64,000 nucleotides of DNA from Podarcis vaucheri (lineage: Eukaryota): the NCBI GenBank assembly GCA_965113315.1, contig OZ220372.1; one strand, written 5' to 3'. Shown one piece after another: positions 1 through 11,679 of this stretch (positions are counted from its first letter, which is position 1; each line of letters begins with the position of its first letter). The notes below the pieces were generated by a model. It ran no database searches. It was not told the DNA's origin and worked only from the letters and a program-made list of their open reading frames with translations. Position numbers and translations under genes: made by a program.

Positions 1-39
1 CTAAACACCATAGCAGTGCATGTATGTATACACTCAGTG

Positions 40-166
40 AGCCTTCCTCAATTTGGTCCCATCCAGATATTTCAGACTATATCTCCTATCAGCCCCAGCC
101 ATCTCCCCAGCTGGGACTGATCAGAGATGAACTCCCAAAAATCTGGAATGCTGGGGAAAGTTGCTC
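40..166. mobile_element. Degenerate palindromic hAT-type MITE (same family as 19786-19923)
   Basis: CCAGATATTTCAGACTATATCTCCTATCAGCCCCAGCCA...GCTGGGACTGAT...AAAATCTGG resembles the fold-back core of the better-preserved copy. Confidence 0.5.
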
Positions 167-764
167 TAATCATATGATCTACTCACTGTTTTGGCAGAAC
201 AACTTCCTTTGGAGGACAACAAGGTGATAATCTGAATTAGACAGGAACATCCACAGGCAGAGTTTTAGCCACTGCTCCATTTCTAACATGCTCATTTTTC
301 CCCTTTTTGACAATTGATCAATTCAAAATCATCCGCTCAGTTTAATTATGTGGTGTTTGAGAGGCTTCCTTTTACAAAAATTAATGGCTTTCCCCCCCCA
401 CTTTACTTCAGTATTCTGCAAAGCTATTTATTTTCAAAAGATGACATGACAGGAAATAATTCCTACAATTTGAGAACTGCATATTTGCACTATTGTGAAT
501 CATTGCTGCATTTTAATACATATTTAACATCTATAAGAGATTACATTTTACTCTTGTTAGCTGTGTGCCTCTTCCCTTTTGACAATACAATGCTGGTTTC
601 CTAAATCAATGTTGCCGCAAATAATTCATTTAGAACTTCCTCTTTAAAAAACAAAACAAAAAACCCCTCATCAACTACACATTTTAGAATAGAATTTGCA
701 AATATCATGGTTGCTTCTGTCACAAAGTTAGACCTTTGCAAGTGAAGATCCCTCATATGCTTTA

Positions 765-1127
765 GGTAAAGGTAAAGGTACCCCTGCCCGAACGGGCCAG
801 TCTTGACAGACTGTGGGGTTTGTGCGCCCATCTCACATTTATTGGCCGGGGGCCAGCGCTGTCCGGGGACACTTCCGGGTCACGTGGCCAGCGTGACATC
901 GCTGCTCTGGCGAGCCAGAGCCGCACACGGAACGCCGTTTACCTTCCCGCTGGTAAGCGGTACCTATTTATCTACTTGCACCCGGAGGTGCTTTCGAACT
1001 GCTAGGTGGGCAGGCGCTGGGACCGAACAGCGGGAGCGCACCCCGCCGCGGGGATTCGAGCCGCCGACCTTTCGATCGGCAAGCCCTAGGCGTTGAGGCT
1101 TTAGCCCACAGCGCCACCCGCGTCCCT
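765..1127 (-). mobile_element. Sauria SINE (tRNA-derived, ACCTTT-repeat tail), full length, young
   Basis: The minus strand begins GGGACGCGGGTGGCGCTGTGGG with Pol III A-box and B-box-like (GGCTCGAATCC) motifs and ends in (TACCTT)n. Perfect 13-bp TSD CTCATATGCTTTA at 752-764 and 1128-1140. CpGs are retained. Confidence 0.93.
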
Positions 1128-2114
1128 CTCATATGCTTTAAGAATCATCATTTATTTCCTTTAATAATATGAACAAAACTGAGCATGGGAAGAACCTGTG
1201 TAGCTATTTCTGAGTGCTGATGCATTGATAATTAACTTTTAAAAAAGGAGTAAAAGAAAATGCTTGTTAAGAAGTATTTATATGGGACAGCGTAGCAATC
1301 CTTGACCTCAGAATGTTTTTGTGTAGGTAGCAGGATATGGCCATAGGACTAAGGTAATTAGAAAACTGGGAGTGTGCTTGATGCTTACAGGCTCCTCCAG
1401 CTGACCTGTTTATTGATCAGTCATCCTAATTTGCTTGCACGAAGTTTACATGGCTGTTAAAAGGTGTCAGTGTACGTACCATACACCCCACTGATTTTTA
1501 AAATTTGGTTGGTTGTGCTAGGGTGAGAGAGCACTTTAACCCACTTCCATTGTGCAAACCTAAATTTCTGGCATGTGATTGAATGCATCCTGATAACCTG
1601 GAGGCAACCTTGGGTTGCGCTTCTGAATGCTTACGAATATACTCAGTTGTCTAGAAGAGTCCGTGAGGATCTGTGGCACAGGGCGTGCCATCTGTCTCTT
1701 AGAATGCACAGCACTGAAGAGAACAGCCTGCTGTTAATCACATCTCAGCTTGTGGTGAAAAGAGAATGGTAGAAATGAGGCACTGATGCCAGCTCTCACA
1801 CTGCAAAGCCTTTTGACCTGGAGTCTCACCAGAACCAAAGTTTGTGGTTGGATATCCCCTGAAATTTCACAGGAAACACAATGAGAGGTACAAATGATGT
1901 GTATACAAGCCTTGTCCCATTGTTAGTCGAAGCAGGCCAGAGTGCTGCTAGGAGAGGAGAGATCGGGCAAAAGAATGGGAATAGTATGTGCTTTGGGAGT
2001 AGAGTCGTAGATTTTGCTGGCTGAACCTTCTATCTCCTTTGGTGCCACCACACATTTTGAGCTTAAGCTGCTCTGATCCAGGCTATGGCTTACTGGTGGT
2101 GAGAATAAAATATG

Positions 2115-2210
2115 AATGGAGAACCTGTGCTCTTCTCAAGGTTGTTGGACTCCGATTTGCATCAGCCCCAGTCAACATGGCCAGCAGTCGAGAGTGCTTG
2201 GAATTGTCAA
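2115..2210. mobile_element. Partial palindromic hAT-type MITE
   Basis: GGAGAACCTGTG...GTTGTTGGACTCC...CATCAGCCCCAGTCAACATGGCCA resembles the copies at 19786 and 44480. Confidence 0.55.
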
Positions 2211-2712
2211 ACAGCTTCTGCAGAGCCACATGCCTCCTTTCCTTGGTACAACTGGGAGTGGACTACCTCTCATTTCTCTCATTGTTTTATCAGTGGCCTT
2301 CCCACCATACTCACTGCTACTGCAAGCTGCTAAAAAGCCCCTCTTCTACATCACTATTAAAGCTGTGGGTGCCCTGTCCTCTTTTTCACCTGGATTCAGA
2401 ACATTGCATCCCCGTATAGTGGGGGGGGGGGTATGAGCTTGGGTCCTGAAAGGTCACCTAAGTGGAGTTGGAATATGGCAGGATACCAAAAGGACTAAGT
2501 GGCCCACATGAGACAGTTGTTTATGATAGTGAAGGTACAGCACAGCCAAAAGGGGTTTCAGTCACCTCATGTCATACCTGCTTGGCTTCTAGGGATGTTG
2601 GATAATTTCTGTGAAAATAGTGTAAATTGCTGTAGTTCACTTGTTGTGACTACAGTTGAAGTTTGTTCACATCACCGGGCCGGGGTGGGGGAGAGAAGTT
2701 AAGTCCACAAAT

Positions 2713-2851
2713 NNNNNNNNNNNNNNNNNNNNNNNNNNNNNNNNNNNNNNNNNNNNNNNNNNNNNNNNNNNNNNNNNNNNNNNNNNNNNNNNNNNNNNNN
2801 NNNNNNNNNNNNNNNNNNNNNNNNNNNNNNNNNNNNNNNNNNNNNNNNNNN
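2713..2851. other. Assembly gap (139 N)
   Basis: Run of N characters. Confidence 1.
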
Positions 2852-3951
2852 ATATTATCTATTTGTTCTTCCTCACACATTGTTTTTTCAATTTTTCCTT
2901 TACATTGAAATGAATGTAACTTTCACAACTTAGGTTAAGTAGTAGACAGTGAGACAAATAATGTTGTATCTGGCAGGAACTGAACTGCAGAGGAGTGGAA
3001 ACAATGGTGATCGTGATTAATACAGGCCAGAAAGGAAAATGCTATCTTCTTGCATTCCTACCTGCTTATCACCATATAAAAATTTGTGAAGTGCAGCTCC
3101 TGGGAGAGCTGAATTGTGCCAAGGGCACATTTTGGATGGGTTTACATGGGTGTGGTCATGGAAGGATTATAAACCCCTCCCCACCCCCCATCTGATCCAC
3201 AATGTAGTTGGCCATGTTCATTTAAGTATTCTGGCTTAATCATGGCTGTGGTTTCTCCTTCCTTCCTTCCTTCCCCCAGCAATATTTCTAAATCTTTTCA
3301 GATTTAAAAAAAATATATAATAATTCCGAATGAGCTAATTCCTGCCAAAGCATCTTGCAGCTTTTGGGTGGATATCAATTTCATGCAGTTCTGAGCTGTC
3401 TCGCTTCAGAATGCATTTAAATAGGAAAAGAGAATTTAACCAATTGTGAGCAGGTCTCTTGCCCATGAAAGTAAATGACTTAAAACAGTGTATCAAGCAC
3501 AGGCATAATGGAAGCACTGTGCAAACCTCACCCCACAATACTGAAGCAAGGCTCTCCTGCACTAGACTGTAGCATAGTTATGCTTGCCTGTAATCCCTGA
3601 CTTTGTTGTGAGCAAATTCAGCAGCAAGCTCCTATCCCTGTCACAGCCACATTAGTCATGATGTTTGCTGCAGAGTAGATCCCCCCAACAGAAAATGACT
3701 TAATTGCACTCTGGAAGCACAAAGAAGAGTTTCTGGGAGTATTTTTTCCATAGGAGGAGTGCACAAATAGTTCAATAGGGAGAAGCTGGTCATGGTAGAG
3801 TGAGTTTTGAGCTGCAATGCATCTGACAATAATTTAGCCCCCATCCTCCTCAAACACACACAACAGAGAGAAAGGGTGATGATAGACAGCTACAGATAGG
3901 GAAGTGGTCTATGTCTAAAGATGCTAGCAGGAAAAATACTGACTTCTAATC

Positions 3952-4080
3952 CAGAGGGAATCAATGTGGTACTCTCCAGATGTTGTTGGGCTATAACTCT
4001 CATCAGCACCGGCCAGCATGGAAAAGAAATAGGGATGACAGGCATCCAAAAGCATCTGAAGGGCACTGCAGTGGCTGCTG
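3952..4080. mobile_element. Degenerate palindromic hAT-type MITE
   Basis: CTCCAGATGTTGTTGGGCTATAACTCTCATCAGCACCGGCCAGCATGG...TCCAAAAGCATCTGAAGGGCAC forms an imperfect inverted repeat matching the family core. Confidence 0.55.
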
Positions 4081-5511
4081 CTACAGGTGGTTTCTTCTAC
4101 GGGGTTTTGACTTGCAAGCATCTATAGCTGCTCAATGCCACACACTGGCTTCAATAAGATATCAGCAGTTGGTGCCTGCAAACATCAGTGCCAGGTGATG
4201 GTGCGTAGAAGCTCTGAAAAAGGAGGTGAATTGGGATTATTCTGGTAATTTTACTCCTCCCCAATTTGAACTGCAATGTCAACAAAGAGTCCTGGGTGGA
4301 TAAGGGCCCTCACAAAGTCTTCTGTCCCTCTGTTTATCTGTAATCTCTACTTTTCTGTAGTGTGCACTATATCTCCATATTTTCTCTGTTTCTCTAGGTC
4401 CATGGGTTTTGAAATAAGCGAGGCTGTCCAGAATGCTGCCTGCAGAGCACAGAAGAGTTCTTGATTTTGTTGCTGTTGTCAAAGCAGAACGGCATAAGAT
4501 TTTTCAGGACTTTCTGAGATCTTGGAGACATGCTGCTAGTTGCATTAAGCAGTAGTGGGCTAAATAGTTTTACCTGGTAGCATAAAGTAGCTTCCTATGG
4601 ACATGGTGGGGAATGCTTCTGAATATATACACACTGCATGTTATCTATTTTATGTGCTTTCCACTGTTGTTGGCTGCCCTGGCTCTTTACATTGGTGCAG
4701 GGTAAAGAACCACATATTTTAATAAATATGACTCAGGTTGAATTTTTACTCAAAATTCATCCAGGTGGGGTGGCTATTTTGTGGTACTAAAAATACTGTT
4801 CTGCCTTGTCATGAATATGTTTCCTAACCAGCCATGTATAGGCTAAGACATCAGATATGCATAGGATGGTCCTTCCCACCTCCGACAATTTCAGTTTTGC
4901 TTGGTAAGTCATAAGGACGATCCTGATGAACACTTAACCTTTCAGGCTTTATATCCTGTTGATGAAGTTTAATGCCTTGTGAACAGCCTGCTCCTTTGAA
5001 CCTGCTGCTAAGAGCTTGGAAAAATAGAGCTCGCCTCTTTTCTGAAGCATAAATGAAGGGAATTATAAGAAGGGCCACAAAGAAGAAAATTACAGGTTGT
5101 CACCAATTTAGGTGCAAGAGAATTAATTTTAATAAAAACCTTCTTGACTAATTTTGCCATCTATCTTTTCACTTGTTCAGTGCTGTTGAGTGACAAACCA
5201 TTATTGTTATTAGGCAGGGATCATTAAAGTCTGCATGCTGCCAGGAGTTTTGAACAAGGCTTATTTTTATGGAACATCTCAACATTATAGCTTGTGCATT
5301 TAGAATAAATAGGTCAGGAACGATCCAGTTGAAGCACAGTGGTGACACCTTTTTTTGTTGGTGTTAAAATGTTTCTTGCAATGTGGATTTCCATATGATA
5401 ACTGTATGCATTTACCTAATGATTGCCTTTTCATACAAAAAATAATTTTAACAATGTTAAAACAGAATTTATCTGACACCACAATGCTTTTCTTTTAACT
5501 CTGTGCTTGTG

Positions 5512-5516
<5 letters not shown>

Positions 5517-5557
<41 letters not shown>
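5517..5557. repeat. (GA)n microsatellite
   Basis: About 20 perfect GA units. Confidence 0.99.
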
Positions 5558-5560
<3 letters not shown>

Positions 5561-8500
5561 ATATACCTCCACACAGAGATTAAAAAATGGAAATTATTCC
5601 ACTGGCCTTATAAAAAAACTGCATTGCAACAACAGATACACACACACATTACAGTTCCTCAGTTGCTATAAGCTTCTGTAGTTTGTTAGGCACTGTAAGA
5701 ACTGTAAGGTAACAGCTGATGGCGGACCGCTAGAAGTCTGTTGTATGTAAACTGGGATAATAAATGTGAACACTAGGCATAATGCCCAGATGATTCACTT
5801 ATATTATGAAGTTCCACTGAAAAAGAAGTTGAATCTAGAGCCTGAGCATCTTTTTAAAAACGCTAGAATAGACACATAAATAGATTGTTTCTGCTTTAAG
5901 TAAGTGTTCAAACGCTTCCTAGCCTTCAGCTGATGCTCAGCGTGTCTTTGTGTGTTATTTTAGATATTACATGACCAACATTTTTCTTTTCTTCTTCATG
6001 ACTTCAGAAAATTTCCAGCAGGAGGCTACCCACTGTACAGTTCTGCTGACTTCAAGTTCTGCTGACTGCGAAAGAAAATGTGGCAGGGAATCTTCTGAAG
6101 ACTTTGGAAGCGGAGCAAAACACTCCAGAATCAATGATAAGAAAACCATTCTTGTCTCAGTCCAATGACACCAAGTCTCTGTATGAGAATCATCTACAGA
6201 AGGTGAATAGCAGGCTGCATTCATAGGCAAAGGTTTATCCATTGACAGACTAATTGATAGACTTAGAACTTCAATAGGTTTCCTGAACTGAGGCATGGCT
6301 TTGGTAAGATTGTGCTTACCTTCACAGACAAAGTTAGGGAGCAAGCCTATGCACATAAAGCTGCCATAAAGCAAGCTGGTGTAAGTTAAGCTGGCCTGAC
6401 ATGAAGTTTCAACAGATCCAAGTGCCTTCTACAGTGGGGTTGCTGCTGCTGCTCTGCCTAAGCCTGGCAGAGAAAAAAACAAGCCTTTAAAGCAGTGTTT
6501 TGCACCATATTGCCAGGTCACATGACCTAGCGGATCCAACCTAAGTCCACCCCTCTGGTCCTACCCATGCCTTTGTGGGGACTTACATTGGCCTCAGTTC
6601 AACCAGCTTCACCTCAGCCAACTAAGCCATGATGAACAAGTCATGCCAGTGTATCTTCAACTGAGCTGAAGTTGGGGACTTAACACAGGCTGAGCAGTAA
6701 CCTCCCAGCTCCGCTGGAGATCCACTGCATCCTAAGACACATGTCCTGGTAGATCTTGTTATAGTATTGCCCCCTTAAAAGTATTTGCTTATACATCTTT
6801 AAAAGAAGAAGGAGAGGGGGACCCTAGTCTAATGGGAATTCATAAGTGTTTATTTTCAATTGCCATTCTGATGCTCTGAATATCTGGTAAAACCCTATTC
6901 CACCAAACTTAAACAATGGCACAAAAATGCATGTTTGCTATTCTTAGCAAATGGACAGCATCCATTCACTTCTTTTGTCCCTGGAGGGTCTTTGCAACTC
7001 AGATCTTCTTATCAAAACCTAGCTATTTGTGGTCTAATTAACATAGTATCTGTTCAAACCTCCTGTTTCTTTTATCCCCAAAAGCAATAGACTCCGCTTG
7101 GTAAACAACACCATCAGCCTGGCCTTGCAACATCAATTTTTATTTTCTTTCTGCACTTCAAAACCTGAAGTGGAATTTTTGTCCATAGGACTGAGCTGAA
7201 CCAGGACAAAGCATTTCGCGAATGCCTCCCTTCCACCAGTCCTTTGAAGTCTAAAAGGAGGGCAAAGGTGTTTACATTCTCCCAACTCATTCAGACCACT
7301 ACATTTCCCTACTTTTGTGACTTACAAGCCCAATAACAGTGATGTCAAATTACATCCAATGTGAGTTGGGTATGGTATGAGATCACTAAAGGAAATTATG
7401 TATAATTCAAACTCAAGGTTTTAGTATTTTTTTTGTAAGACTAATTGATACGCTAAAAAAAAAAAATTAAAATCCTTTTACTTGTTCTGTGTTTCCTGGG
7501 ACCAATGTGGAGATCTGTTATGTCTCACCAACAAGAATTTGACCCAGAGTGGACATTCTTGGTAGAGAATAAGTCACCAGAATTCTTGAACCCCAGAATA
7601 AACCCTCCTGTCTTAAATTACACAGGAGTTGCCAATAAGAGGCTCCAGTATCTGCAAAGTATAGGTGGGATGACTCAGTATCAGCTCTAGGAGATCTCAC
7701 ACCCAAGGAGCTTTCAGGGCTGGGAAAGCCAATGTAGTGTGGCTGATCTGACACCGCAGCTCCAGACTCTCCACAGTCACCCAATCATCCAATGAGTCCA
7801 CAATGAAGCCCAGCCCAAAACATACACATAACAATAAGGTTCCTTCAATTTCTGAATCCAATTCAGGAAGAGGAATCATGAGCATAAGCATCCTTTGGGT
7901 CAGCGACCCACTGATAGTTCAGGAATGGGAAGGGCAAGCAAGCTCATTTATGAAACCTTTCATTTGCTGCTTGGATGCAAGTCCTTGTAGTTACACAAAG
8001 GACTCTAGATAACTAAGGTACCCTGGATTGTTGGAAGATAATGGGAAGTAGTAGGATACTGCTGCTGAGGTTGTGCCAGTCTGACAACATTTCTCTTAGC
8101 AAATTTAGTATATGCTGAAAGTACCTCTACAAAGAACCACTAACCAGCTGAGGGTTATATCAATCTGTTCCTGCTATACCTAGAAACCATTGGATTCATC
8201 AACACCATGATGAAATAAAATTGATGACAGCAGATTAACAGGCTATAGCATAGGAGTTTCTGATTTAGAATGTGCCATTTTTGCTGATTCATCTGGACTA
8301 GCAACAATCAGCATGGGTACCAGCAGAGATCTGTTGTCAAGAATGCTGAATTCACAATTAATTCTGGCCCTTGGGACTTCCCTATGACTCTGGTTTTCAT
8401 CTGTGTCCAGTTTGTTTCCTATTTCACTGCAATGTCAATATAAAAGCATGTTTTATGATGTTATGCTCGCTGGCACTGGCACAACAAAACTTGGGTCAGG

Positions 8501-8735
8501 TTGCTATCTTAGCTGGGTAAAGCTTGGTCAAAATAAAAAGCTACCCATAAAGATTCTTCAGTCTCCTATAAATCCCTGTTAGTGGCCCTCTCTAACCTGC
8601 ATTTCTGCTGAGATGAAGCACTTGGCCTTTCTCAAGCTAACATCTTCAATGGAACAGAGATGGAACTTGCTGATACTATAAGATCTTCAGTGTCTGGAGC
8701 TCCCACACTTCAATCTTGGAAACCAGTGCTGTAGA

Positions 8736-8778
<43 letters not shown>
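8736..8778. repeat. (GTT)n microsatellite
   Basis: About 14 perfect units. Confidence 0.99.
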
Positions 8779-9349
8779 AACTCAATCACAACAAGCTATG
8801 AACAATATCAGTTATACACTACCTAAGTAAACTAGCAATATTAAACACTTGTGTACTGTAGTTACTGTGATGATCACAATTAACACATTTTAATTATTTG
8901 ATTTGCCTGCCTTTTATATGCTATGAGTTCATCACATGAGCACCAGATTGGCTCACCTCACCACCACCTTGCGCCCCCGCCCACCCTGCATCCTAGGATG
9001 TAGCAGCAACTTAGCGGGAGGGAGCTCAGGTGAATAGTGCAATCTCACCATACTATCTGCTACTGCAACCAGTGCTGAAATGGGCAGAGACCAGTTGCCC
9101 AGATGGGGATGCAAACTGTGTCCAAGGCTGATGAACGGAGAAGGGGCAATGGCGAATGAGGCCCTCAGGTGAAGGAAGGTCAGCCACCCCTGTGTAATAC
9201 CTTCAAAAGGTTATCTCTTATACACTTCCACTGTATTGGCAACAATCATTTTTATGAACACATGGTAAAAGTTCATTTCTGAAAAATCAATGCCTTTCTA
9301 AAGTGCTGTGGCAAGTTTTAAACAATGATGCACTGTGGGTCATCAATAT

Positions 9350-9351
<2 letters not shown>

Positions 9352-9395
<44 letters not shown>
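9352..9395. repeat. (GT)n microsatellite
   Basis: About 22 perfect units. Confidence 0.99.
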
Positions 9396-9397
<2 letters not shown>

Positions 9398-10245
9398 TCT
9401 TTCAAACCAATAAGCCTGAACATTGGCTGTATGCAAAGGCTTCAATTGTTTGAATGAGAATGCTGAAAAGAAACCTAAATTAGCCTAGGCATTGTTAAAT
9501 ACAAAGACGGCTGATAGCAAAAGATAATGATACAAGACAGTGAAGAAAAACTGATACCCCCCCCCCCCTTGCATGCTGAGACTTCAAATTTATGGTTTGC
9601 TAACATGATGTTTAGACAACAGGCTCAATCCAACTCATGTGATTTCAGGTGGGAAATGCTAACCATCTTAAAATCTGATGCTGAGACATGGCAACAAATC
9701 ATCCTCTTGCACACAATCATCCTCAGTGTTCACTTTTTGTCTTATGTTCTTTTTCTGCTTAGGCTGGACATGTGTCCCCCAAAGCACAAAGGCCATTTTA
9801 CCTGGCCATACATACCTTCCATGAGTAGATCTAACCACCTCTGTCCTTCTCAAGGCTGCAAATTAATGTTTCCATCAAGAGTAGATTATGCATATGGGCC
9901 TGAGGATAAGGCATCCCAATGGATGTTTAATACTCAAGGCTGTTTATCGTGCTACATTTATGCTGGCAGCATGTTACATTTGTGATGCATTCGTTATCTA
10001 TATTTCATTTTTATTTCTTATGTTTTAATTCCATTATGAAACCCAAGGTGGCATATGTGTAGTAACCGGGCAGTCATTGGTCCAGCCACTGACCAGACCC
10101 AGACCTACTTAGCTTTGGCAAGGTGGAGGAATATACCATAGGAAACACACTGTATAGACCATACTATATGAAACATGTATACAAACATATAAACAATCCA
10201 ATTGCTGTAGTCAGTGAAAGTATAAACATCATTCATTTCCTAAAC

Positions 10246-10988
10246 TAGGGATCCCCAACATGGCACCCATAGACACTAGAGTTCTTGCCAGTACCTTCTG
10301 CGATCTCAGTAAAATTACCCCTTAAAATTATGCAATACACAATAAACTGTTTGCTCTTCCTGCTCAGTTTCCGTCTGCACTGGATAAGCCTCTCCTACAT
10401 AGAACCCACACCCTTAAGCATGCCCACTGTTAAATAGTGGGTAGACATAGCAGATGACACAGCGATTCATCAAACAGCTCTTGTTTATTCACAGGCCAGA
10501 ACAGAACTGAGCAGCAAACAGCTCAGCCGGCCTGCTTTTATAGGCAGCCGACTGTCAACATTGTAGCAACAACAACCCAGGGTTTCCCGCCTAAAATAAC
10601 TGACGTGGACCTGAGTGAAAACTATATACATGATATTCCTGGTGGCCAGGGTGAGAATTTCAATACATAACACCCACAGTTCATTGGATGCCCACACTGT
10701 CATTTTTTTTTTGAACAGAAGAGCTGTGCAAAGAGTTTCTCTCAGTGAATGAGCACGGCAGTGACTGATGTAGATGCCCTTATTCAGATTAATGGGACAG
10801 ATGATAGAGGGGGTCCTGCCCACACTATTTTGTGGTCCTGTCTCTTATTATGCCCCTTTAGATGTGGCAGCCGTTATGTAAAATCCCCAGAACAGCCATT
10901 TTGTGATGTACCATGCCCCTGCGACAGCCATTTTGTGACAGGGACCCATGGAGCTTTCTCATAGTTCCAAAAAAGCTGGTGGCCCCTG
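10246..10988. mobile_element. Old non-autonomous hAT-like element interrupted by the solo LTR
   Basis: Left end TAGGGATCCCCAACATGG and right end AAAAGCTGGTGGCCCCTG are hAT-like imperfect TIRs. Internal direct repeat CAGCCATTTTGTGA occurs twice (~10893, ~10925). No clean TSD. Confidence 0.45.
10428..10672 (-). mobile_element. Solo LTR (245 bp) of an LTR retrotransposon (Gypsy/Copia type)
   Basis: Termini TGTTA...TAACA and perfect 5-bp TSD CCCAC (10423-10427, 10673-10677). The minus strand has a TATA-like CTATAAAAG followed by AATAAA. Confidence 0.9.
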
Positions 10989-11017
10989 TAATGAAACAAT
11001 AATCCATTACTGGGCAA

Positions 11018-11679
11018 TGACATGAACTGGCAGGACAATGGGGAGAAGGAAGAGGATCCCTGCGAGGGGTGTAGCCGGGACTGAGACACACCAGGGCAAG
11101 CAAGGGATGGGGAAGGAAGTACTCACAGGGTGACGGAGGATGGCGAGGGGATGGATGTCAATGCACAGGGTCCAGAGCAGCAGGACCCACCACCAGAGAG
11201 GCCCCTATCTTCATGAACACAGCAGGATCTGAGATGTAAGGAGCAGCAGAAGAGGTGCTAGGAGGCTGAGGCCGGCAAAGGCCCACAGCCCAGCTCCCTT
11301 GCTAGCTCTGGGAGGAAGTGTGTGATTCCTCAGCTGGTGTAGGCTCAGAACAGGTGAGGGTCACCAGCCTCATCAAGCCCAGGTGCTGCAATCAGCAAGC
11401 AAAGTACAAAAGAGAAGCAGAGCTGAGTACTTTTTCTGCTCAAACACCCATACTGAGGGCTTTGGTTTGGCTACTCCTGGACCTCTACAGGACTGTGCTT
11501 TGGGTTTGACTCTGAACTGCATCCTGACTGTTGGACTTCAGACCTGGCTACTTGGATTACCCCTGACCTTTGGACTTTGTTTTTGTGATTGGCCTTCAGA
11601 CTTTGAGCTTTGGACTTGGCATGCTGACTTGCTGCCAGGTAGGCCAGGGGTACAGGGTTTCCCCCCTTCTTTCCTGACG
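11018..11679 (+). mobile_element. Probable degenerate Gypsy-type solo LTR
   Basis: Decayed termini TGACATGA...TCCTGACG (cf. TGTCA...TGACA), a purine-rich 5' part, a TATA-like TACAAAAG and a 3' part with reiterated GGACTT/GACTTTG. No TSD found. Confidence 0.5.

Noticed and set aside
803-1096. Similar ORFs at 803/820, 18851 and 55828/55844 suggesting a small gene family
   Set aside because: All are antisense translations of Sauria SINE copies.
2440-2580. Minus-strand peptide KPLLAVLYLHY...LPYSN faintly like the Penelope RT-thumb motif
   Set aside because: Too short and divergent to support without a profile search.
2650-2913. ORFs spanning the N run
   Set aside because: Artefacts of the assembly gap.
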